NCBI GenBank assembly: GCA_965113315.1
Contig: OZ220374.1
Length of the DNA: 64,000 nt
Direction: 5' to 3' (one strand)
DNA from: Podarcis vaucheri
Taxonomy: Eukaryota
The notes under the pieces were generated by a model. It was not told the origin of the DNA. It searched no databases and was given only the letters and a program-made list of their open reading frames with translations. Positions 1 to 11,449 of the stretch are shown here, in pieces; the stretch's first letter is position 1; the number at the start of each line of letters is the position of its first letter. A program made the translations under genes and the position numbers.

Positions 1-664
1 TCTTTATTATTCTGGTAAACCGAAGAGAGTTTTCCATTTCAAACATTTCAAACACACTCAACAAAATAAAAGGTCATCATCTCCTTTCACCTGTAACTCT
101 CTTCCACATTTCATTATATAAAGAACTCAAACTAGGACATCGTTCCCACACCATTAATCCACAACTGAAACCTTCTAATCAGCCAGATAAGATGTAGATA
201 AGGAGAATTCTGAACCTTCAGAGGAGCAAATGAAAGCCAATGCACTGTACCTGAAAATTAAACTGAGGTTAACGAACTGCATAAACGAAAACAGAAATCC
301 CCATGGGGGGGGGGGCGGAATGGTTCATCTGTTCCTAGTAAACCCTGGGATCCTGTCTCTTTGACACAGGAAGATATATTTTCCTAACATCATCATTGCA
401 CAGGCTGAATTTAGGCAGCTTTACACACAATCCTCCCACCCAACCCCAAGCAACAAATGCCTAAGGTCACTAACCCTGGTATCTGTGGGGGAGGCCACTT
501 CTCTGCTATATTAAAAAAGAAAGCAGCAGCAAACTTTCGTTTTTAAGTAATCTGCTTTTTGCTCATAAAAAGAAGTCGCTCTTCTCCCCGTTTCTCTTCA
601 GAGTGAAGACCAGGCTAGTAAACAATAGAAAGCAAAGAGTAAGGCTACCATAACTTCCGTCATA

Positions 665-1692
665 GAGCTGCAAAATGCTGATGACAATGTAGTGTGCGCA
701 CACTCACAGGATGACCTCCAAACCATCCGAAATACCTTCACAGAAGCTTATAGAAAAGCTTGGTCTATTCCTCAATATAACAAAAAAAACCCCAAAGTGC
801 TGCACCAACAAGCACAAAACAACCCCCTCTGCAGCACCACAAATCCAACTTAACGATGTGATGTTGGACAGTGTTGATCACTTTTCCTACCTGGGCAGTT
901 ATCCCTCCACAAGGGCTGTAGATGTGGAAATCCTGCATCGTTTGAGCTCTGCAAGTGCAGTTTTCTCCCAATTGAAGCACAGAAGTGTTTGAGGATCAAG
1001 ACATCCACAAATGGACATCATCCAAAATGCTGGTTTACAAAGCTACTGCACCACCAACTTTACTGTACGCTTGTGAAACATGGACCACTTATAAACTTCA
1101 ACTCCTCAGAAGATTCCATCAATGGTGTCTCAGAAAAAATGTGCGTATCACTTGGGAAGACAGGCGAACTAATGTCAGCGTACTGGAAGAAGCGAAGATC
1201 ACCAGTCTCAAAGCAATGATTCTTCAACATCAACTTCGTTGGACTGGTCATGTTGTGCGGATGCCTGATTATCGTCTTCCAAAGCAACTACTCTATTCCC
1301 AACTTAAAAATGGAAAGTGAAATACTGGTGGACAACAAAAGAGGTTTAAAGACGCTCTCAAGGCAAATCTTTTAAAAATGCAGTATAAGCATGGATAACT
1401 GGGAAACACCGGCCTGTGAGCGCTCCAATTGGAGAAAAACCTCTACCAAAGGCGTCATGGACTTTGAAGAAGCATGAACTTAGGACAAGAGGCAGAAACG
1501 AGCTAAGAGGAAGCCATGTTTGGCAAATCCTCATATTGATCAACTCGCACCCAGAAACCTATGTCCTCACTGTGGATGGACGTGTGGATCCAGAATTGGC
1601 CTCCACAGCCACTTACAGACACAACATTAAGACTGTGTTCATGAAAGACAATCTTACTCGGCTACGAATGATCGCCAAAGAAGTAGTAGTAA
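665..1692 (+). mobile_element. RTE-clade LINE, 3' fragment (degenerate RT C-terminal region)
   Basis: Frameshifted pieces read DHFSYLGS, PPTLLYACETWT, LRWTGHVVRMPDYRLPKQLLY, GGQQKRFKDALK and a terminal CPHCG...HSHLQTH; ends in a short (TAG)n tail. Confidence 0.85.
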
Positions 1693-3539
1693 CTGCTGGA
1701 TAGTGTTGGGGGTGCTTATTGACAAGGATAGCAAAATGCTATTTCATTATCACTTCTCAGATGAGACAATTTATTTCTGGTGTTTCAAGAGGAAGCCTAA
1801 CCCTCAAGAGGTGACTTGCATGGAAGCTACAGGAAAAGGGGAATGGCTGAAAACAGCCTCTCTCCCCATTCCAGTGAAGGATGCATTCAATCAACTGAAG
1901 GTCACTTACTGGATATTACCACCCAAAGCAAGCAGAGGAAGGCACCCACCCCAGCTTCTTACTCACCACATTTCTATTTCAAAACATAATTTATCTGCCC
2001 ACCCCAAATACTGAAGCAGCTCTCTGGAATTGCTTGTTCTCTGACTAATGAAAGGGACCAGGCTGACTTGTGGAGATCTTCTCAATGGTCATTTCGTCTT
2101 CTGGCGAAGGACATAGTATACTTCCCTTCTGCTCAACAACCTCAACTCTCTAGTTACTAAATATGAAAGCATTCCATGTAGTTTCATCAGCTATTCTATT
2201 AGCTCTGCTGGGTGCCTTTTGGCTCTGCTTGTCCCACATCCGTCACCTCGTTCAGATTCCCTTAATGGTTTCCATCCTAGGTGGTTGAACTGTAATTTTA
2301 AGAACTGGTGCCAGCATTTCCCTTTTTCCTCCTTTCTTCCCATCCATTTGTCTGTAGACTGGGATCATTTATCAGAGCCTATCTATCATGCAGAATTTCA
2401 CTCACCTGACTAGCAGCAATTATGGCTGGAAGTGAACAGCATCCTCCAGTATTGTCAGCCTCTCACTAACCTGTCCTGAACATAATTTTACTTCCTACAT
2501 TAGTTTAAAACTAGTCAAGAAAAATTATGAAACAAAGCTAGTATATCCAGAATGAGATCTAAAAGCAAAAATCAAACTCAAATTAAAAATGGGATTGGCA
2601 ATACACAAATCATTATTCTGTTTTGTAACCCAATGTAGTTTTTTCCTGTGCAGGCATCCAGTTGCCAGAAATGTTCCTAGAAAACAGTCTTCTGTGAACT
2701 GTGACACTAAATACAGGTTAAGACAAACAAACCTTTTCACTTTCTGTAATGACTCACTCCAAGTGATACAACAGACTTCCACGAGGACATGAAAAACTCA
2801 ATTCAGATTACAGCATCTTGTAAATTGGTAAACAGCAAATAAATACACCCTTAAATGGAGCAAGCCAGAAATGTGATTTGGAATTCTAGCTGCTTTGCAA
2901 CTTCCTAGACTGACGGCTTAAGATTTGGACTGTATCTTAACTGTAATACATGGGTTGCCTTTTCTACATTTTTGGCTCCTTAAGCTTATGACACATTTGT
3001 CCTTTGTCATCTAACTCTCTTGTTGACTTATCTGCATTTCTTTTTACACTGGAACATAATAGTAAGGTGGATGGTAACTTAGCTGCAAGTAACTTCTGTA
3101 TGCTATACAGATTATTTTTTCAAGACCTTTATTTATAAAGCACCAACTATTGTACTGGATGCTATATAAATTAAGAACTAGATAGATCCAGACAACATCA
3201 TTTGCTTCAAGGCTAACTTCCAGCTTACTAAAATGAAACTAATAGTCAAGCTCAGCTTAATATCATTCAAGAGATAATGTGCAGCAGAACAAAGGAAACT
3301 CCCATGTCATACCATATTGGTCTATGTAGCTCAGGACTGTCTACACTGATTGACAGTAGCTGTTCAGGCTTTCAGAAATGAACCTTTCCCAGCCCTCCCT
3401 GGAGATGCTGGGGACTGAATCTGGGACCTATTGTAGGCAAAGAAAATGTGCTGTACCACTGAGATATGAAGCTTGCCATTTCAGACTGAAATTAATCAGG
3501 TCAGGCTTGTATTCAGAATACTGAGCTACTGTGCCCCTG

Positions 3540-6000
3540 AGTGCAAAAGGAAGGGAGATAGTAGTAATGTGGGACTTCAATTACCCGGATATTTGTTGGA
3601 TGTCAAACTCAGCCAAGAGCATAAGGTCAAACAGATTCCTCACTGGCCTTGCAGACAACTTCATTGTCCAGAAAGTGGGAGAAGCAACAAGAGGAACAGC
3701 CATTTTAGATCTGGTCCTAACCAATGTTGATGACCTGGTTAGTGGGGTAGAAGTGGAAGGATCATTAGGCACGAGTGATCATGCTCTTCTGAAGTTTACT
3801 ATACAGCGTAAAGGAGCAGCCAAGCATACTAGGACTCAATTTCTTGACTTTAAGAAAGCCAACTTCATAAAACTTAGGGAAGTGCTGGGTGAGATCCCAT
3901 GGACAGGAATACTAAAAGGAAAGGGAGTTCATGATGGCTGGGAGTTTGTTAAGAGGGAGATAGTAAAAGCACAACGTCAGGCAATACCAATGAGACGGAA
4001 ACATGGAAGGTGCCTAAAGAAGCCAGGGTGGCTATCTAAAGAACTTTTAACTGAATTAAGATTAAAAAAGGATGTGTACAAAAAATGGAAAAGGGGGGAA
4101 ACCACCAAAGAGGAATTCAAACAAATAGCCAGCATGTGTAGACACAAAGTCAGAAAAGCTAAAGCACAGAATGAACTCAGGCTTGCTAGAGAGGTTAAAA
4201 GCAACAAAAAAGGCTTTTATGGGTATGTTCGTAGCAAAAGGAAGAACAAAGAAACAGTGGGGTCACTCAGAGGAGAAGATGGTGAAATGCAAACAGGGGA
4301 CACAGAAAGGGCTGAACTCCTCAATGCCTTCTTTGCCTCAGTCTTCTCCGATAAAGAAAACAATGCCCGACCTGAAGAATTTGGAGCAAATGATTCAGCA
4401 AAGGAAACACAGCCCAGAATAACTAAGGAGATAGTACAAGAATACTTGGCTAGTTTAGATGTATTCAAGTCTCCAGGGCCAGATGAACTGCATCCAAGAG
4501 TATTAAAAGAACTGGCAGATGTGATCTCAGAACCACTGGCAGTCATCTTTGAGAATTCCTGGAGAACAGGCGAAGTCCCGGCAGACTGGAGGAGGGCAAA
4601 TGTTGTCCCTATTTTCAAAAAGGGGAAAAGAGAGGACCCAAATAATTACCGCCCAGTTAGTCTGACATCAATAGCAGGGAAGATTCTGGAGCAGATCATT
4701 AAGCAAACAGTCTGTGAGCACCTAGAAAGGAATGCTGTGATCACCAATAGTCAGCATGGATTTCTGAAAAATAAGTCATGTCAGACTAACCTGATCTCGT
4801 TTTTTGACAGAATTACAAGCCTGGTAGATGAAGGGAACGCAGTGGATGTAGCCTACCTTGATTTCAGCAAGGCATTTGACAAGGTGCCCCATGATATTCT
4901 TGTAAAGAAGCTGGTAAAATGCGGTCTTGACTATGCTACCACTCAGTGGATTTGTAACTGGCTGACTGACCAAACCCAAAGGGTGCTCATCAATGGTTCC
5001 TCTTCATCCTGGAGAAGAGTGACTAGTGGGGTGCCACAGGGTTCTGTCTTGGGCCCGGTCTTATTCAACATCTTTATCAACGACTTGGATGATGGACTCA
5101 AGGGCATCCTGATCAAATTTGCAGATGACACCAAACTGGGAGGGGTGGCTAACACCCCAGAGGACAGGATCACACTTCAAAACGACCTTGACAGATTAGA
5201 GAACTGGGCAAAAACAAACAAGATGAATTTTAACAGGGAGAAATGTAAAGTATTGCACTTGGGCAAAAAAAATGAGAGGCACAAATACAAGATGGGTGAC
5301 ACCTGGCTTGAGAGCAGTACATGTGAAAAGGATCTAGGAGTCTTGGTTGACCACAAACTTGACATGAGCCAACAGTGTGACGCGGCAGCTAAAAAAGCCA
5401 ATGCAATTCTGGGCTGCATCAATAGGAGTATAGCATCTAGATCAAGGGAAGTAATAGTGCCACTGTATTCTGCTCTGGTCAGACCTCACCTGGAGTACTG
5501 TGTCCAGTTCTGGGCACCACAGTTCAAGAAGGACACTGACAAACTGGAACGTGTCCAGAGGAGGGCAACCAAAATGGTCAAAGGCCTGGAAACGATGCCT
5601 TATGAGGAACGGCTAAGGGAGCTGGGCATGTTTAGCCTGGAGAAGAGGAGGTTAAGGGGTGATATGATAGCCATGTTCAAATATATAAAAGGATGTCACA
5701 TAGAGGAGGGAGAAAGGTTGTTTTCTGCTGCTCCGGAGAAGCGGACACGGAGCAATGGATCCAAACTACAAGAAAGAAGATTCCACCTAAACATTAGGAA
5801 GAACTTCCTGACAGTAAGAGCTGTTCGACAGTGGAATTTGCTGCCAAGGAGTGTGGTGGAGTCTCCTCCTTTGGAGGTCTTTAAGCAGAGGCTTGACAAC
5901 CATATGTCAGGAGTGCTCTGATGGTGTTTCCTGCTTGGCAGGGGGTTGGACTCGATGGCCCTTGTGGTGTCTTCCAACTCTATGATACTATGATTCTATG
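3540..6000 (+). mobile_element. CR1 LINE, 5'-truncated, young; open ORF2 fragment (end of endonuclease plus RT)
   Basis: Uninterrupted 796-codon frame with [41 protein letters not shown]; 3' end has CR1 ATTCTATG-type octamer repeats at ~5978-6000. Confidence 0.95.
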
Positions 6001-6504
6001 AGTGGCAAATGGTTCTATACACTTATCCCAAATAAGAAGTTTAACAGGAAGGTACTTTGTGCAATTAAAGCGGCAAAAGCAGAAACTACTTCCTCAAATT
6101 TATCTATCTTCTTCAGCCAAAACATCAACCGATTAATAATTGCTAATAGTTACACGACACACAAACACAGAGGCTGTTTCAGTTTCTTGGGGTTTTTAAA
6201 TCAACATAGGAGCTTTATGAGACATTAAATTCCGAGTTAACAATGTACTCAATGCCACCAAGGTATTCCAGGTTCAAACTCAGTATGTGTACACTACACA
6301 TTACTTGCCATCAGGATACATCAAACTCAAATCACTTGGCCAAACACAAGGTTTTTCCACCACTTTTGGATCATCAACCTTTTCCAAGAAGACTTATTTT
6401 TGCTTAGTTGTATGATTTTGAGTCTCTCACATGTGCATGCTGCTCAGGTATAGATGATTAAGGTTCTCACAAAACAGAGGATGCCACAAATTCCATTTCT
6501 TTCC

Positions 6505-7105
6505 TCTATCTGCCTGCGGACTGTCTCGTCAGAGTGGTGCATGCTCTGATTATCTCTCGCTTGGACTACTGCAATGCACTCTACGTGGGGCTACCTTTGA
6601 AGGTGACTCGGAAACTACAACTAATCCAGAATGTGGCAGCTAGACTGGTGACTGGGAGCGGCCGCCGAGACCATATAACACCGGTCTTGAAAGACCTGCA
6701 TTGGCTCCCAGTACGTTTCCGAGCACAATTCAAAGTGTTGGGGCTGACCTTTAAAGCCCTAAACGGCCTCGGTCCAGTATACCTGAAGGAGCGTCTCCAC
6801 CCCCATCATTCTGCCCGGACACTGAGGTCCAGCGCCGAGGGCCTTCTGGCGGTTCCCTCATTGCAAGAAACAAAGCTACAGGGAACCAGGCAGAGGGCCT
6901 TCTCGGTAGTGGCGCCCGCCCTGTGGAACGCCCTTCCAGCAGATGTCAAAGCGATAAACAACTACCTGACATTCAGGAGACATCTTAAGGCAGCCCTGTT
7001 CAGGGAAGTTTTTAACATGTGATATTTTATTGTATTTTTGGTTTTTATGGAAGCCGCCCAGAGTGGCTGGGGAAGCCCAGCCAGATGGGAGGGGTATAAA
7101 TAATA

Positions 7106-7144
<39 letters not shown>

Positions 7145-7157
7145 TATTATTATTATT
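6505..7157 (+). mobile_element. L2 LINE 3' fragment with (TAA)n tail
   Basis: [10 protein letters not shown]...[14 protein letters not shown]...[14 protein letters not shown]...[15 protein letters not shown], followed by 3' UTR and (TAA)n/(TTA)n. Confidence 0.9.
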
Positions 7158-8939
7158 AGAACAGACACCTGCCAGATTAATGTGTCACACTACAGCTACA
7201 CACACAAAACCCTAAAGTACGCCAAAAAGTAGGGTTACTTTCTGAAGCTGTGGCATTTGATAACCCATCTCTGTCCTGTGCAAAGACTTCAGGACAATCA
7301 GATCATCATCAGCACAGAGCAAACTTAATAAACAAATGGAAAAAAGTAGAATTCATACCTGGGAGAACCTGATTCTAATCAACTACTATCAGTGCTACCA
7401 AGTGAGTGTTATTCATTATACTGATTGACTTTGTCTTGAGGGGTTATTGATCACGCAAACTATCATTAACTTGTTTAGTGCCTGATCAGTTTAGTGCCTG
7501 CTGCAATGACAAGAGGAAAGAACTCTTAGTAAACTGTGTGCTATTGGATTTCCTCTCTTTCAATTCAAGGAACATGCAAGGAAAGGATTGGAATCTTCCA
7601 GTGGGCTCACTAACTACACCTTTTCTATGTACTCTAGTTACCTAGTTATTATAATGCACTCTTCATGATGCTAGCCTTAAAGGTGTTCTGAAGCTTCAAC
7701 TGATACAGAACACTACAAGCAAGTTGCTCATTGGACTTGGTCAGTCAGTAACTCAAATTCTGCTTGATTTACAATAAGCTAAAAAAAAGTAGATAATCTA
7801 TTTAAATTGCTTGTATTCTTTATTTCTGAATCACCTCACCCATAACCAAGATTCTCTGCACAATGCACTATAATAAAACCAATAATTAACTAGAAAACTC
7901 TTAACACAGCACACAGGTAAGTATGGAATTCGCTACCACACGATGTTGCAATTGCCACCAATTTGGATGGGTTTAAGAGAGGTTTGCACAAATTCACAGG
8001 CTATCATTGGCTGCCAGCCATTATGGCTGTATATTACCTCTGGTATTGGAAACTATATGCCTCTGAATACCAGTTGCTGGAAATCACAAGTGGGGAGAGT
8101 GCTATGTGTTCATGCACTGCTTGCTGGCTTCCCACAAGCCTCTGAGAACAGGATGTTGGGCTAGATGGGGCTTTGGTCGGATCCAGCAAGGCTCTTAGGT
8201 TCTTATGCAACACAGAAGCTTGGCTTATACAGAGTCAGACCACTGGCCGATCTAGTTCAACATTGCCTATACTGAGCAAAGAAGATGGTCTACCACTGAG
8301 CTACTGCCAGTCCATACTTCTGCTGCCATGGGAAGACTTTTTAAATCCTCAACACACTGGGGACTAAGAAACAAAAAGACCACCTTCTCACACACGTTAT
8401 CCTGTAAACTCTGGTCATCAGCATCCCAGACACTCATATGCGAAAGAGCCTTTCCAGTTGTGATGCTAAGTCAACACTGTGGAATGTCCTCTCAAGGCAG
8501 GCCCACCAGGTAGTGTCTATAGCTTCAAATGATAAGTGGAAATCTGGCTTTTTCCTGCCCGTAATTCGTACTGGATTGATAACTGCAGCTGTGCTTATTT
8601 TATTTTATTTTATGGTGCTTGTTGTTTATTTATTAGCCACAAGTGTTGGTGGCCCCAGGCACTTGAACAAGAAGGACCAACTTTCTTGAAAAACTTAAAA
8701 AAACTGAGGCAGGCGAGGTTCCATGCAAAGAGTTTTCCAATTCCTTCAAGAATGTGAACAAAGGAATTTTATCAGAAATACCCATAAAATATTGTTCCTG
8801 CTTCCATTGGGGCAGGGAAGGGGAAAGAGGAGATTAAGAACCATAATGCCAATATTTCACTTTTTAAAAAACCTGAGATATGGTGCAAAATGTGCAGGGA
8901 TTGGTGTTATTTTTTGTGAGAAACTAACCTGCTCACTAA

Positions 8940-9276
8940 GAGACGCTGGTGGCGCTGTGGTCTAAACCACAGAGCCTAGGGCTTGCCAATCAAAAGGTCG
9001 GCTGTTCGAATCCCTGCCCACTGCTGGTACCAGCTCCTGCCAACCTAGCAGTTCAAAAGCATGTCAAAGTGCAAGTAGATAAATAGGTACCGCTCCGGCA
9101 GAAAGGTAAACAGTGTTTCCCTGTGCTGCTCTGGTTCGCCAGAAGCTTAGTCACGCTGGCCACATGACCCGGAAACTGTACACCAGCTCCCTCGGTCATT
9201 AAAGCGAGATGAGCACCGCAACACCAGAGTCATCCGCGACTGGACCCAACGGTCAGGGGTCCCTTTACCTTTACCT
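8940..9276 (+). mobile_element. Sauria SINE
   Basis: tRNA-like head GACGCTGGTGGCGCTGTGG, conserved body, (ACCTTT)n tail; homologous to four other copies in the window. Confidence 0.9.
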
Positions 9277-9830
9277 AACTGCTCATTGCTACACTCTGGA
9301 AAAATTACTGCAGACACCCTGACTATGAAGGCAGAGGTTTCCTATGTAACCTATGCTATCTCTGAAGGCTGAAGCTATGAATTCTGGATAATAATCTCAG
9401 ATAATGTATATTACCACCGGTTGTATAAACTAGTCTATAGTGACATTCAGCATATTGTCTTCCACCTTCAGTTTCATTGTTTCCAAAGAACGAACAGAAC
9501 CAATACTCTTTCACAAAGCTTGCTGCAAGGATGACTTAAGACCTTTTCACCATGTGGGAACTGCTTCCCAACCCTAAGAAACAACAGCAAGTGCCATGTG
9601 ACTATTGCACTATTTCTCATGCCAATGTTGCCTTGTCTCTCAAAACAAACGATTCCGTTGGCATTGCAAATAACTGCATCATTTGCTTGGCCCACATAAT
9701 TGTCTATTTCAACCTTATCATCTTGCTCAGTTGTTGTTTTTCCCCACCAGCTTTTGTTTCTAGCATTTTAACTGTTTTTCTTGTTAGTCACTCAAGCAGC
9801 ATTCGGGAAGGAAAGCACAGTACAGACAAT

Positions 9831-9881
<51 letters not shown>

Positions 9882-9963
9882 TTTCGTAGATTTTCACGGG
9901 TACAGGAATGCAGGTTTTGGTGTCTTCGGGTGTCTTCCCGTGTAAGAGTCGGGGTGTCTGTGC

Positions 9964-9997
9964 GACGTTTCGACGAGGTCTCACTCGTCATCTTCAG
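9964..9997 (-). ncRNA. Minimal type I hammerhead ribozyme-like motif (left arm)
   Basis: Reverse complement reads CUGAAGA U GACGAG-UGAGAC-CUCGUC GAAA CG UC. Confidence 0.65.
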
Positions 9998-10707
9998 GCT
10001 GGTGCTTTCGGCTTCTTGTTACTGGAACAGAGCAGAATCTGGTGTTTGAGTTCCTATAAATACTGTTGAGGGGTGTGGTGTATAGCCTCCAACGTTCTGG
10101 GCAGAGAGGAAGTTCCTAGATTAGTGTGCCTTTTCTTCTTTTGTTCCTTAATTACTTGAGGGATATCTTGAGTGATTTCATGAGTGATATTCTGAATACC
10201 ACTGGGTGGGTCATTAAGTGTAGATTAGTTGCTAAAGCTTTTGTGTCTTGACCTCTTGAGCTTGTGAAGAGTTTTTCTGAGAAGATGGCTGTGCTGCATT
10301 TAGTTGTACTCTGGCTTGGCTTCGTGTATAGGGGCCAGCTGGCTGGCACAAGGCACAAAACCACAGCTCGCCCCTATACACGAAGCCAAGCCAGAGTACA
10401 ACTAAATGCAGCACAGCCATCTTCTCAGAAAAACTCTTCACAAGCTCAAGAGGTCAAGACACAAAAGCTTTAGCAACTAATCTACACTTAATGACCCACC
10501 CAGTGGTATTCAGAATATCACTCATGAAATCACTCAAGATATCCCTCAAGTAATTAAGGAACAAAAGAAGAAAAGGCACACTAATCTAGGAACTTCCTCT
10601 CTGCCCAGAACGTTGGAGGCTATACACCACACCCCTCAACAGTATTTATAGGAACTCAAACACCAGATTCTGCTCTGTTCCAGTAACAAGAAGCCGAAAG
10701 CACCAGC

Positions 10708-10741
10708 CTGAAGATGACGAGTGAGACCTCGTCGAAACGTC
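10708..10741 (+). ncRNA. Minimal type I hammerhead ribozyme-like motif (right arm)
   Basis: CUGAAGA core, 6-bp stem II, GAAA, palindromic ACGU in place of stem III, GUC cleavage triplet; stem I only ~2 bp. Confidence 0.65.
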
Positions 10742-10888
10742 GCACAGACACCCCGACTCTTACACGGGAAGACACCCGAAGACACCAAAACCTGCATATA
10801 TATATATATATATATATATACTCTTACACGGGAAGACACCCGAAGACACCAAAACCTGCATTCCTGTACCCGTGAAAATCTACGAAAG

Positions 10889-10942
<54 letters not shown>

Positions 10943-11449
10943 TTACAAAGACGTCTCCTACAGACATTACCAAAGCAACCTGACACTCAGCCACAAAAGG
11001 AGTGATCGTAATTAAGGACCAGCTCTAAGTTCCTTACCTGCATACAGGTCAAAGCTGCCACTGAGCCAACAGATTCTTTCTTTCTTTTTTCTTACCCCGC
11101 CCCTTACACCAAGTAGCTCAAGGCATGGCATTTTGTTGCTCCATTTTATCCACACAACACCCCTGCTTCTTTAGTTCAGGCATGACTCACCCATGGTTAC
11201 CCGGTTAACTTCACATCTGAGGGGGAATTTGAACCAGGGCCTTCCCCATCCTTGTCTGATCTGTTAAGTGGTATACAGCCCTGTGCCGCCTTTAAACATT
11301 CCGGGGGTGGCCTGAGTTCGACTCCTACCCTTTCTGTCCACGTGGAAACCACTACTTACTGCGGTAGCATCCCAGGCACATGGCGCCTTCAACCCGCGAT
11401 CCACACACCATATGGCCACGACATCTCCCACAACTGGCCAGAAATGCAG

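Larger units (their letters stand above)
9879..10890. mobile_element. Penelope-like element terminal repeats in inverted orientation (~460 bp arms) within (TA)n
   Basis: 9879-10341 is the reverse complement of 10364-10890, apart from a (TA)n plus 40-bp duplication in the right arm; flanked by (TA)n on both sides; each arm has a hammerhead-like core. Confidence 0.75.

Noticed and set aside
1900-2470. Donor-like sites and coding-looking - strand sequence as further KANSL1-like exons
   Set aside because: In-frame stops in the frames checked and no KANSL1 motifs.
10232-10473. Near-identical 69-aa ORFs on both strands
   Set aside because: By-product of the palindrome.
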